Program-made: the position numbers and the translations under genes
The notes under the pieces: generated by a model
Database searches by the model: none
Seen by the model: the letters and a program-made list of their open reading frames with translations, nothing else
Told to the model about the DNA's origin: nothing
Assembly: GCA_904063045.1 (NCBI GenBank)
Contig: CAJFCJ010000005.1
Location: 1,937,988 to 2,001,987, forward strand
Reading direction: 5' to 3'
DNA: 64,000 nucleotides
Origin: Dimorphilus gyrociliatus
Taxonomy: Eukaryota; Animalia; Annelida
In this document: positions 51,252 through 62,491 of the stretch, piece by piece
Layout of the letters: each line of letters opens with the position of its first letter
Position numbering within the stretch: position 1 is the stretch's first letter

Positions 51252-53006
51252 ATGACGTCCGGTAGTTATATTCATTCTTATTCAACTAGAACTGTGACGA
51301 ATGGCGGCGTCTATCATGGATATCGTTATTCAAGATTTAGAAGTGAGGATTTTGCGGATAACAAAATAGACGGCTATGATTTTATTAAAAAGAAATATGC
51401 TGATCGCTTCGATGAGTATAAACCCAGGCTTAGTAGGAGTGAGGATCGATCTAGACCAACATATACTGGAACTGCTGCAACTAGGAAGATTGAAGAGAAT
51501 CCTAGTTATAGTAGGGCAAAAAGTTTTTGGACGTCTAAGGATGCATTATCATTATCATTATCGAGAACGAATAGCGTCTCATCATACAAATCAACGACTA
51601 ATAGCACAAGTTTAGATGCCTACAGGCCTAGTAGTAGTAGATATCAAACAGCAACTACAGCAATTCCGTCGATTAGACCGTCTAATGAAACCAAAAAAGA
51701 ACAAACGCAATCGAATTCTCCCGTATTAAAGCAATCCCCGTTTTCAGCCTTTAAACGACACCCCTTCAGGCGAGGTAATACTATTGACAATTCGGAAGTA
51801 TCGGAAGAAAGTAAAAAGGATGCAAAGGATACTGACAAGCATGAAAAAGCGAAAGACAAGAAAAAGAGAGAAAAGGAAGAGAAAGTAGGAAAGGACGGGA
51901 AAAAGTCGATAGATCGTCACGAAAGTCGAGAGTCGTTGGCCTCAGTTACGTCGACATGCTCGGAGAAGAGTAAGCCAAAGAGTAAACTATTCTCTTTAAG
52001 ACGATTTCGATCTGTTGATAATGTAAATAAATCGGACAAATCGGAAAAAACTGAAAAAAAGGACAGTGGAGGCGAATCTGCCTCAGCTAATTCTCGTAAA
52101 TTAAATTTCCAGCTGATTGAATCAAAAATCGACGAAGAAGGAAATGATGTTAAAACAATAGCAGTAACGCCTAATGAAAAGAAGATTAGCACACCCAAGT
52201 CCTTAAGAAAATTGTTCCGCTATGGTGTTAGACGATCGAGAAGCGTCGATGTACATAGTTCTATTGAAGAAGAGCCTGGTGATGCAATCAAGCACCAATC
52301 TCTTGAATTACCTGATCCAAATAAACGGGTGTTAAGACTATTTTGGCCAGGACGTAAGAAAACTACTCTAATAGACGATGATGCTAGCTCAGTTGTTTCG
52401 GATACGGCTAGTATAGCTAGCGACTTGTCAAATGCTCCTATATCTTCCATATTAAAGAAGTCCAAAAGAGACGGGTCAGTTGAAGGCCAGAGAAAACAAA
52501 CGCAATTCAGCGATACAGTCCAGGTTGTTCAGCAGGATAAACATGGGAATATATTAACAAAGAGATCTGAGAAATTGAAAGACGATACGCTCAAGAACCT
52601 TCTAGAGGATCATGTACCCGGGGAAAGAGTCGCAGTTCAACGACCTCTCACTTTGGGTGGCCGACAAGGTGCGACGTCGCTCATCATTCCGCTGAGAATC
52701 GACGACGATATGTTCGATGCTCAGAAATTGGTGATTAAAAAGGAAAGTAATACAAAAACGCTATCGCTAGTCTTGAGAATGGGAGAAGAATTCCTTGAGG
52801 AACGGATATCCGTTAGGAGTTTGTGCGGAGGTCAAAAGTTAGCCGTAACTGCCTATAAGTATGAACCCTTAGGTGACGGTTCAAAATACCTTAGAAGATT
52901 TTGTCAGAGGTATGCATTACCTTATTCAGTAGATCCTTATGAGGTTCGAGCCGCATTCGGAGAACATGGACAATTGACTATTGAAGCTCCACTTAGAGAA
53001 GTTTAA
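51252..53006 (+). CDS. 584-aa protein with a long low-complexity N-terminal region and a C-terminal alpha-crystallin (small HSP) domain; coding region uninterrupted
   Basis: Single 1755-nt ORF. The C-terminus LSLVLRMGEEFLEERISVRS...KLAVTAYK...RRFCQRYALPYSVDPYEVRAAFGEHGQLTIEAP matches the alpha-crystallin pattern (F.R.Y.LP..VD...V.A....G.L.IEAP). Confidence 0.78.
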   Translation: MTSGSYIHSYSTRTVTNGGVYHGYRYSRFRSEDFADNKIDGYDFIKKKYADRFDEYKPRLSRSEDRSRPTYTGTAATRKIEENPSYSRAKSFWTSKDALSLSLSRTNSVSSYKSTTNSTSLDAYRPSSSRYQTATTAIPSIRPSNETKKEQTQSNSPVLKQSPFSAFKRHPFRRGNTIDNSEVSEESKKDAKDTDKHEKAKDKKKREKEEKVGKDGKKSIDRHESRESLASVTSTCSEKSKPKSKLFSLRRFRSVDNVNKSDKSEKTEKKDSGGESASANSRKLNFQLIESKIDEEGNDVKTIAVTPNEKKISTPKSLRKLFRYGVRRSRSVDVHSSIEEEPGDAIKHQSLELPDPNKRVLRLFWPGRKKTTLIDDDASSVVSDTASIASDLSNAPISSILKKSKRDGSVEGQRKQTQFSDTVQVVQQDKHGNILTKRSEKLKDDTLKNLLEDHVPGERVAVQRPLTLGGRQGATSLIIPLRIDDDMFDAQKLVIKKESNTKTLSLVLRMGEEFLEERISVRSLCGGQKLAVTAYKYEPLGDGSKYLRRFCQRYALPYSVDPYEVRAAFGEHGQLTIEAPLREV

Positions 53007-53150
53007 CCTTTTATTTTATCTATTACAAACTGAAAGACTCCTGCAACTATTAGCACTACTGTTGTTTTAATTTTCTTTTTCTTCTTTTTCTTCTACTACT
53101 ATTACTACAACAACTGCAATTACGACTCAAACTATAACAATTATTTAATA

Positions 53151-53210
53151 TACTTCTTCTTCTTCTTCTTCTCTTCTTCTTCTTCTTCTTCTTCTTCTTC
53201 TTCTTCTTCT
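53151..53210. repeat. (CTT)n microsatellite in the 3' flank of the sHSP-domain gene
   Basis: About 18 TTC units with one interruption. Confidence 0.9.
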
Positions 53211-54330
53211 ATTTAATTTTTTTTATGAAAAAGAATTATTATAGCTCATACACCTGCATTTTTTGCATTCCGGTCTTTCAGATGAAGAGAAAAAAAAAAC
53301 AAAAGAAGAAAGAACTTAGTGGGAGTTAAAAAAAAGCTTCATTTATAATAAAAGGAAGAATAAAAGGACACTTAATAAGAAAAAGTTTCAAATGTAAACC
53401 AATAAACATATGACGGGTTGGGAGGGTTGGGGTAAAAGAGAACAAATATTGGGGTAAGAGATAATTTTTTGTGTCATTGATAAAATATATTCGTGATCAC
53501 ATGATTAATATCGAATATAGAATGAGGAAAAGAAAGAAAAGACAACAAAAAAAATCGAGAATAAGGATTGATTTACGTAATGCGAGCGAATTAGGTTTTG
53601 CGTTTAAACTGGTAAAAGGTCATCTCTTATTAAGCGCGGGAAAAGGATGCTAAAAGGGGGCGATGATTCCATCCTCTTTCTTTTTTAAGAAAGAATAAGA
53701 GAATAGGAATGCCTTGTGGTGATGAAACATTCGGTATTTAAAGAATAAATATAGTACTATTAGGTTTTTTGTAGGTGAAGGGAAAAGAGAATTGATAGAA
53801 TGAGATATGAAAATTTATAATTTTATTAATATGCACGTAGATTTCTACGCTCAATTTAATGCCCCCCTGCCTTTATTATACACGCCTGAAGGAAGACTTT
53901 GCGCGGGAAATCAAGTTTGTCAACACATGAAAAGACAAATTGTAATGTCTCGGTGTTTGTCATTTTGTTTTCTCACAATCTTCTATTAACTTGTATATAT
54001 TATACACTCTTAACAGATTTAACATTTTTCCTTCTAATCTATTTATCTTATTCGCAAAAATTTCTCACTTTTTCCTTATTAAAAACTTATATACGATAGA
54101 TTTACAGAATTCCTTTGGGAAACTTTTATATTAATTCCAAATTTACTTTAAAGTTTAGCTATATCGCTATCCTTATTATCATTATAATTGAAATGTAACG
54201 GTCATTTCATATTATATACAGCATATATATATATAAATATGGATTATGATACTTCATAATTATAATCGAAACACTTGTGTGCTTCCTTTTCTACGAAAAG
54301 CAAGAAGGTTAATCCTCTTAGAGTATATCT

Positions 54331-54365
<35 letters not shown>

Positions 54366-55420
54366 TACATGTATATATATATAGCATACGTACGACGCGC
54401 AGTTTATATATGTATATATCATAGTATAAGTGTATATGTGTGACATTTATGAATGCTTTAATATATCTTCCAAACATAGACGTGTATTTAGATTCATATT
54501 TGTATATACATACACTACATTTGCTACAACTAATAATTAAATTTTGCTGACAAATGCAAATTTTTTGTCTCCATTTGTTCGTATAGAAGTTTCTGTAGAT
54601 ATCTATAAAGATAATCTTAAGATCACATTTTAATATGATAATATTTATATATAGATCCATATATGTTGTATACATATAGATGTATGTATGTATTTATTTA
54701 GTCAGGTAGTGGCGCTATCATGCGCGATCAGATTGAAAGCGTCACTCAGCCGTTCTGTTCGGGCGTCGAAAGGAGTCGTTTTCAAATAGAGGTAAGCGAT
54801 ATTAATTTCTAACCGCCTATAATACTTTAAATCCTTTTGTTCCTTTCTTTTTCGTCTATCTTCCATTTATAACCTATAAATAAGCGTAAGAAATGATGAA
54901 ATGATTTTTCTCCCTCATCCTTTGCTCTCCTTTTATACTTTATTTAGTTCATGTTTAAAGATACTCAGAAGCAGGAAGTGGAATAATATCTTATAAAAGT
55001 ATCTTCTTTTCTTTATGTCTAAATTTGACGTTCAACTCTCTTTATGCGCGTATTATTTTAAGTAAGCGAAGAAGTTTACGAAGTTATTAAGAGGAGGAAA
55101 TGATAGGTAGATGCAGGGCTAAAAAAAGACAATTGAGGGAAGAGAGAGAATTTGATGAAAAAGAAAGCGGAGAGACGGAGAGAAAAAGGGAGAGAGGGGG
55201 AGGGAGTAAAATGAAAAATTTTTTACTGGGTCGTAAGATAGAATACATAAGGAAAAGATAAAAAAGGCAATTAATGATGGTAAAATTTTGTTTAAAAATG
55301 AATATCAAAGAGGAGTCACGCCAACTAAAAATCAAACATTCCTATCCACTAATGGAAAGTTTGTCTTGCTCTTGTCATTTATAACGAAAAAAGGCCTTAT
55401 ATATTGTTTGTTGTAGGCAA

Positions 55421-55693
55421 ATGGCGAAAGATTACAGCGCTTGTTTGCTTATCATTCTATTATGGAGTAGCTCATTAGCCGATGCTGTAAAAACGGAGTT
55501 TGACGACGTCTGGGATCCAAGCTATCATAGGGATCAGCCAGCGCTCGCTCAATACAAAAGATTCATGTTTAATCCGGACTTGGGTAAGAGAATGTTTAAT
55601 ATGGATTTGGGTAAGAGAATGTTCAATAACGATCTTGGAAAGCGAATGTTCAATATGGACTTGGGCAAAAAAAAGAAAAGGGAAAACAACTAG
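55421..55693 (+). CDS. DLamide neuropeptide precursor (4 amidated peptides)
   Basis: Signal peptide MAKDYSACLLIILLWSSSLADA, then KR-FMFNPDLG-KR-MFNMDLG-KR-MFNNDLG-KR-MFNMDLG-KKKKR with dibasic sites and Gly amide donors. FNxDLamide matches annelid DLamide peptides. A likely 5' UTR exon ends at the donor at 54792, with an acceptor at 55416. Confidence 0.86.
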   Translation: MAKDYSACLLIILLWSSSLADAVKTEFDDVWDPSYHRDQPALAQYKRFMFNPDLGKRMFNMDLGKRMFNNDLGKRMFNMDLGKKKKRENN

Positions 55694-56775
55694 GTTGGTT
55701 GTTTTATATACAATATTTTTAAATTTTTATTCAATTTTTGATTACTTATCACATTATCGCTATTTTTAAGAATAAATATTAAAATTAAACTAAAAAAAAC
55801 CGCCGTAAGCGTCGACGCCGCAAATTTGTTTGACGGTGCACGTTCGACAGAACGCTCTAGGCGGCGTCGAAACGTACTAATCGACCCGATTTTTACAGGC
55901 TACAACTCTATTTCTGCAATCGTCTGCTTTGTCTAGTTGGTTATATATAAAAAATTCTTTACCCATTTTGTTCCACCTTTTTTCTCTCTTAAACGTAACA
56001 AATCACTAAAATAGTAATAATACTAATAATAAAAGCTTACACCGATGACCGAAAAAAATTCCCCTTTTGTTATCTCATTCTTTTTCGTCTATTTCCCTTT
56101 AAATTAACGATTAAGCTGTTAGACGCTTCAAAAGCCATCTCTGAAGAGCAAAGTGTCTGGTATCCGATCATTTTCATCTTTTTCCTACCTATTCTTATTC
56201 TACTTTTCCAATTTTCCCACATTTCGATTCATAAAAAAGTAGCCTTTCTAGTAACTTCGCTATTACCAATATATATAAATATATATGTATATTTATTAAT
56301 ATAGCGTAAATATATATATATTAAAATTTTTAACAACGCCATCTTGTGACACAACGTGCTCAGCATTTTTAATTGAGTCAAATAGGTAATTTATTAACAA
56401 CAAACTGTTTTTATCGCACAATGGTAGTCGTAATATTGTACTATAGAGACATAGGACTTCCTTAAAGGCAAGGATTACTAGCTACTACAAATTTGTAAAC
56501 ATTTTCCTGACTTTCTTTTTTTGTCTTGTTTGTCTATGCAAAAATTTTTTATTTCCTATCTCCTTTTTTTAATACGTAAAAAAAATACCGAGATTCCAGA
56601 TGTATAGGACTAGCCGTGAAAACATTCCAAATATTTAATATGTTCCATATCCTTACTAAAGGCCTATAGACGAGTAGAATTTTTGCAAGAATGAAAAAGT
56701 TAATTAAGGAGCAGACTAAACCGGAAGCAAATAATTTTAATAATCATTAGAGTCTACACACTTATATACGTACAT

Positions 56776-56816
<41 letters not shown>

Positions 56817-57683
56817 TGTGTAATAGTGGATGTATGTTAATTTATAGTGATAGACTATATATTATTTCCTGTATAAAGTCTGCAATGTGTAATACGACCA
56901 ATTAAGGTGTTGGAAAGATATACTCCTCATTTGCGAAGGTGCGAAGGGAATAAAAAGAAGGAAATTAATAAGTTGTATTTTAATTAAAGATAATATTTTC
57001 ATACTCTTCTTCGTACTTATTTTATGTAGGCAAGCTGTAATCTTATTTTATATCATATACTAATAATAATTTATATATATATATAACCTTTTGAACGTTT
57101 CGTTCTCTTTTTCTTTCATATGTGCAGAGGAATTCGAATCGACTATAACAGTATCGCTTCCTTTTCCAATCCTTTTTACGAGTTATTAAGAAACCTTTCA
57201 ACGCCATCATATTTAACGCGTTCATTTGTGAAAATGGGAAAAAAACCAGTGCAACGCTTATCGGATTTCAGATTATAATCTTCATTGAAATTATGATTAT
57301 AATGCAGTACAGCTATTTGATTTTTTAACAAATAAACTGATGGCTCTAATTAGATTCATTTTAAATAGACTGTTCAATGACATTTATAGATATTCTCACA
57401 TTTTAAAGCAATTAGCGAGTCTTTTCTGTTTTCAATGGGAAATATGATAATGTAAGATATGTAGAACAAGAAGAATATGAAATATTCGTACAGAAATTAG
57501 AAACAAACAATAATGAAGTCGACAACAAACTGATATATAGTTTAGCAAATAAAATGGAAAGACAAAAATCAAAATATAGGAGATATTACATTCTCTATCG
57601 AAAAAAGTGATAAAATGTTAGGCCCGGAAAGAGAGAAAAGAGGAGGAGTAAAAGAGAGATAGCTAGACAGTAAAAGAAGATCA

Positions 57684-60600
57684 TCAATTCATGAAGCCCT
57701 GACAGGAACGGGAGCCACATCGACATATAATCTTGTCGTCATCATATGGAAATCGGTAGTTGTACGTAATTTCTTCACCTTCTTCGATATCCTTCTTCGA
57801 GTAAATAATTATTCTTTTCTTATTTTCTGTCGGAACAACTCTAGCATTGCAATTAGGGGTACAAGAATGATTAATAAATCTTGCTGCATTTCCCCTTTGA
57901 GCAGCATCAAGTACAAGAGTTTGGTCCAATCGAAACAAATAGCATCCTTTTCCCTCTTTTATATTTCTTCTCTCCCTAACGTCGGCCACCGATGATCTGA
58001 TGATTTCTCCAACATATTCAATTACCATTTCATCCTGTTTTATCGGCTCATCAGCGAATAATCCCCATTCGTGAATACCCGACCTGCCAAATCGCAACTT
58101 TTTCCTCGTCTATAGCGTTTAATAGAGAAAAGAAATAAGTGTTACTTGTTGTTTATATTTTATTCTTGTTACATAGCTCCCTTTTCTTTTATGAAGTATA
58201 TACTTTCATTTGAAGCATATTACCTTGAATTTGTTGGTGAAACATCTCACTGATTTATCGAGTGTTTGGTGATTTTGCACATTGAATGGAATACGAGTTG
58301 ATTTCCGATTAATCTGAAAGTTTTTGTATAAATTATAAACATTGAAATCGTTACAATAGCAAATACTTTCTCCCCTCTTACCTTATTCTCGTCTTCCTTC
58401 GCTTTTTTCTTTGTTATGAATTCTTTGATGAGGCGAGTTCTAGCGCATCCTTTATCCTTACCACTTAAGATTAATTGTCTTTTACAACTGTCTACTGTTG
58501 GGTCAGCAGTCTCACCCCAATGGGTACGTCTCAGCGGATAAAAAGTATTGGCTATTAGTAATCGATTGTAGGCAATCTTCAAAAAATTTATATCTTCTTG
58601 ATCTATCCCAATTTTAAATGGTTCAGAGAGAATTTCTTTGTCCTCTTCCGGTTGACGTTTCGGAAAAGCCCTCAACTTTCGTGGACTGGATCGTCTCTTA
58701 GCAACAACTTTTTCCTTATATTTTTCACTTACATTTTTAACCTCCTGGTCTATCCTATCATTAATCGCCTGGGATAGAAAATGATAAAAACATATAATTC
58801 TTCTTAAAACTCAATTCACATTTTTATAGAGATAGATATCTTACTTTACTTAAAAAGAATATCAAAAAAAAGATATCTGTATTTCAATGTAAATTGTACT
58901 TAAATAGTTTACAACAACAAAAATAATTAGGTCTAGGAAAGAACGCCTTTGGCGTCTTTTTTTTCAAAGATCTCCTTACCGGCCCACTTACGAACTGAAA
59001 TACACCAAGCGTATAAACGGTCTGAACTAATTTGCAAGAAGATTTTCAACAATCTTAGTATACTTTTTTCTCTGTTCATCATTAATAACAGAACTACTGA
59101 AAGTGAACCTTACCGATGTTGAATCGTCACTATAATCTGTTACAGAATTCCTCTTCTCAATTCCTTCTTCTGTTTCCTCCTCTTCACCGCTTACGATTTC
59201 TCCTTCTTCTACTTCCTCTTTATCGCTTTTACCTTCTCCTTCTTCTGTTGTGTAATACTGGATATTTTCATTTAGGACTTCCGAGTCGGCATCAGCATCT
59301 TCCTTCAATTCTTCCTTCAAATTTCTATTTCGGATATAATGAGCAGGCAAGATTTGAGTTACCAAACAAAATTTCTAGATTAATTCTAAGAAAATCCAAG
59401 CAAACTAACCCATTAGATTTACTATTACCACTTTGGTCGTTAGCCTTATAGCTAGTTTCGTCATATGAATGAAATGGTGATGACGAAGACTTTATTGCTA
59501 ATGGTGCAGATGTTGATGGCAATAATTCTGAAGTAAATGTCTTCCGAAGGCTTGTATGATTAACATTTTGATTGGTATCTAAAATAGTTAAAATAATAAA
59601 AACTTAGACAATTGTTGAATCAGCACTTAGTTAATTAATATGTATCAACCATATGATTGTGGTAGCTTAGATTGATCAGATGTTCCTCTCTGTTGCAAAA
59701 TTTCTTAGTTATTAGAGCTTACGGGCTAGTAATTTTTTATGATATAGCACGTACAGGTACTTTAAGGGACCAGTTGTTTATTAAGCTTACGATATCTCTA
59801 TTTTTTACAGTATCCTCCGATAGAATGTTCTCTTTAGATTTGCAGCTAATATTTGAGTTGTTCCTTAAATCACACAATGAATTTTCTAGGGTATCATTAT
59901 GAGCTACATTATCTGCTATTGAACTAGTCTGTAAAGTAATTAAGAGAATAAAAAAAGGAAAAATTCCAATTTTAATTGACAAAAAGCTTCAATTAAACTT
60001 TACATTTACAGCTCGATGATTTTCTGATGATTTGAGATCATGTTGAAAAGAGACACTGTTTAATTGATTGTCAGAAAACCTATTTGCTATGGTTTCCGTT
60101 GTTTGGTTAATAGAAAGCTCGGTCCTGTCATCTCTTTTTCTAGGACTTTGCTTCGACCATAGGAAAATATCTGACTGAAATTTGTAACATATACATTGTT
60201 GTATCAAGTGAAAATAACGAAAATGTCTCTATTGCTACCTTATTAGTATTTCCAATTTTATATAGAAAAGGCGGTAGAGAAGGTGATAATGGCAGGAAAG
60301 CAGGGAATATTTTTGATTGATAAGTTGATATACTACGTTGATTAGATTGTAAATTATAAGACGAAAGAAATGATTCCTTTCCTGTGGCTTCCTCATATTT
60401 TGCCCTTTTTGGACAAAATGATAAGTTAAGATTCTTACTGGGCTCGTAATAGGGTTGTCTTTCAATTAACTCCAATTTTGTTTTTATTATATTCTGTCTT
60501 TTAACACCTTTTACAAAAAAACATTTACAACAAATTAGATATTTTACAGATGGCGTTTATTTCCATCTCCTCCCCCTCCTACTGACTTAAATACGATAGA

Positions 60601-61138
60601 GGGAAAAGAGACGCAGCGATAAAGAATTTGGTTGTAGTAGTGTCATCTATTATGTAAATTGATTAGACGAACCTTTCGGATCAAAGAATGCGCGAATATT
60701 CGAATTCCCAATTAATTTTCCAGAATATTTCCGAACAAACTGCCTAGCTTCAAATAAATATGCAAAAGTTATCTAAAAATAATTAATTAATGAAGTAATT
60801 AATAGGAAAAAAAATTAAGATAATTTATACTTACCATTCCAACTCCTAAATGTTGATTGGTATGTGGATGATAAAATATTTTAGATTCAATAACTTTTAA
60901 ACCATCCGTAATGTCATTTAAAACTAATTGATCGAATGAGGTTTCCAAATCTGCTAACGTAACTTCTCTGTTCAACAAGACCTTCTTATTTTCCTTCTGA
61001 AAAACAATTTAACTTACTTCAAAAGTTTATATATTTCAAATTTATGTTGGCTGTTACTGATATAATCGGTATATTCTTTACTGAAGAATTACGCTGCCAA
61101 CTTTCGCAGATATTCGCTATATATTTTCCCTCCATCAT
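57684..61138 (-). CDS. SETD1: Compact Set1/SETD1-like H3K4 methyltransferase (737 aa): RRM, n-SET with WIN motif, SET, post-SET
   Basis: Twelve exons (61138-61082, 60996-60835, 60772-60673, 60507-60239, 60174-60010, 59928-59791, 59689-59650, 59578-59410, 59324-59114, 58768-58382, 58313-58224, 58109-57684) total 2214 nt in phase. [11 protein letters not shown]...[18 protein letters not shown]; n-[19 protein letters not shown]; WIN GCART; [13 protein letters not shown]...MVIEYVGE...RFINHSC...EEITYNY; post-[11 protein letters not shown]. The first exon is the least certain. Confidence 0.88.
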
Positions 61139-61184
61139 TCACTCTATCCATAGAGAGTTGGGAAAGCGTATTATCGTCGTATCC

Positions 61185-61216
61185 ACACTACTTCCGGTCT
61201 AATGATGGCGCCATTA
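61185..61216. promoter_or_regulatory. Candidate SETD1-like promoter elements
   Basis: ETS-type ACTTCCGG and YY1-like ATGGCGCCAT lie about 50-75 nt upstream of the predicted ATG. Confidence 0.45.
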
Positions 61217-62491
61217 CTTAATAATCTCTCTTAACCTACTAAATCCGAATAATTGGTTAAAGTTATAAAATTTATTTTAAATTTTCATAATTAACTTATA
61301 TTTAAAGCAATAAAAATTAAATAATCAACTTAATAGATGAAATAAACTATATTTTTATACTTTTAGTAAATGAATGCGGTTGAAATGTCACAATGGCGTC
61401 TACGCGTTTTAGGCACATGTCATGCATTTTTACATTTTAAAAGTAAACTAATAGAAATCAAATTGATTGTAAATTATGTTTATTTATATTTATTTATTAA
61501 TAATATGTTAATAAATCTTTTTAAATGAATGCAACGTGTATAATTCTTCAAAGTAATTAAAACAAAAATACTTTATAATAAGTAAACTATTGTGTTCAAA
61601 TTTTATAAATGTTCAATTCTATAGAAAATTGAATTTCTAATAAATAATAAAGCATTTTATAGCATTTATTTCAATCGTATAATAGTTAAACATTCATGCA
61701 AGAAGTATAGAATAATGATTATAAATGATAAATAATATAAAAAAAACAACGTGAAATATTATAACGAGTGCAAAATAGCCAATAAATTGCACCAACAGGG
61801 GAGGGAGGGAGGGAGGGGTAAAGAGGTAGAATAGTGAAGAACGAGAAAGATAGGCAGAGAGATTATTGTTCTTCTCTAATAAATAATATAAATAAATAGA
61901 GATAAACCATGTTAAAATTTACTTGATAGTAATTTTTTTTAAATATGAATGAAAAGAAAACTTTTCCGTCGTATTTCCTCTTTTTTTTCTTCTCTGAACA
62001 ACACACTTTGACTAAGACAGTAAAACAAGCAAAATAAAAAACAATAAGATTTTGAACAGTGCGAAAAAATTACCCTGGAGAAGAGGACATATAGGCATAT
62101 TACACTTTATTTATAAATCTCTCTAATTAGTATGTAATGTCTCTCTCTCTCTCTCTCTTTCTATCTATCTATCTATCTTTCTCTACTAGTGCTAGAGGAG
62201 GAAAAACATTAAATTAACAACAAAGAAAAAAAAAACAAAATAAAATGGCTGTTTAGTTAAATATTTTAAAAAAATGCACCAAAGGAATACGTTATTAGGC
62301 TGCAGATTATAGCTTTTTCTTTTTGTATTTAATTTACTAATAGCAGAGAGATACAGCAAATAGGCATGTAATTTTAAAGATATAGACAGTGAGAGAAATT
62401 TTGAAGTATTGATTAAGGCATAAGTTTTAGGGGACAGGAAGGAGAGATATTAGTAGTTTGGGTAGCTTTTAAGAAAAACTTGTTGATTTGA

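Noticed and set aside
50960-51285. HTHTHT / SLSLSL ORFs (also 14265-14462, 34754-34960, 48648-48935)
   Set aside because: They are translations of (CA)n and (GA)n repeats.
55560-55670. Regularly spaced direct repeats resembling a CRISPR-like array
   Set aside because: They are the in-frame peptide repeats of the DLamide precursor, with no unique spacers and no cas genes, in a eukaryotic locus.
41095-55693. DLamide precursor as the ligand of the nearby DEG/ENaC channels
   Set aside because: Peptide-gated DEG/ENaCs exist, but the genes are 10 kb apart with unrelated genes between them, and animal ligand-receptor pairs are not generally linked. Proximity is not evidence.
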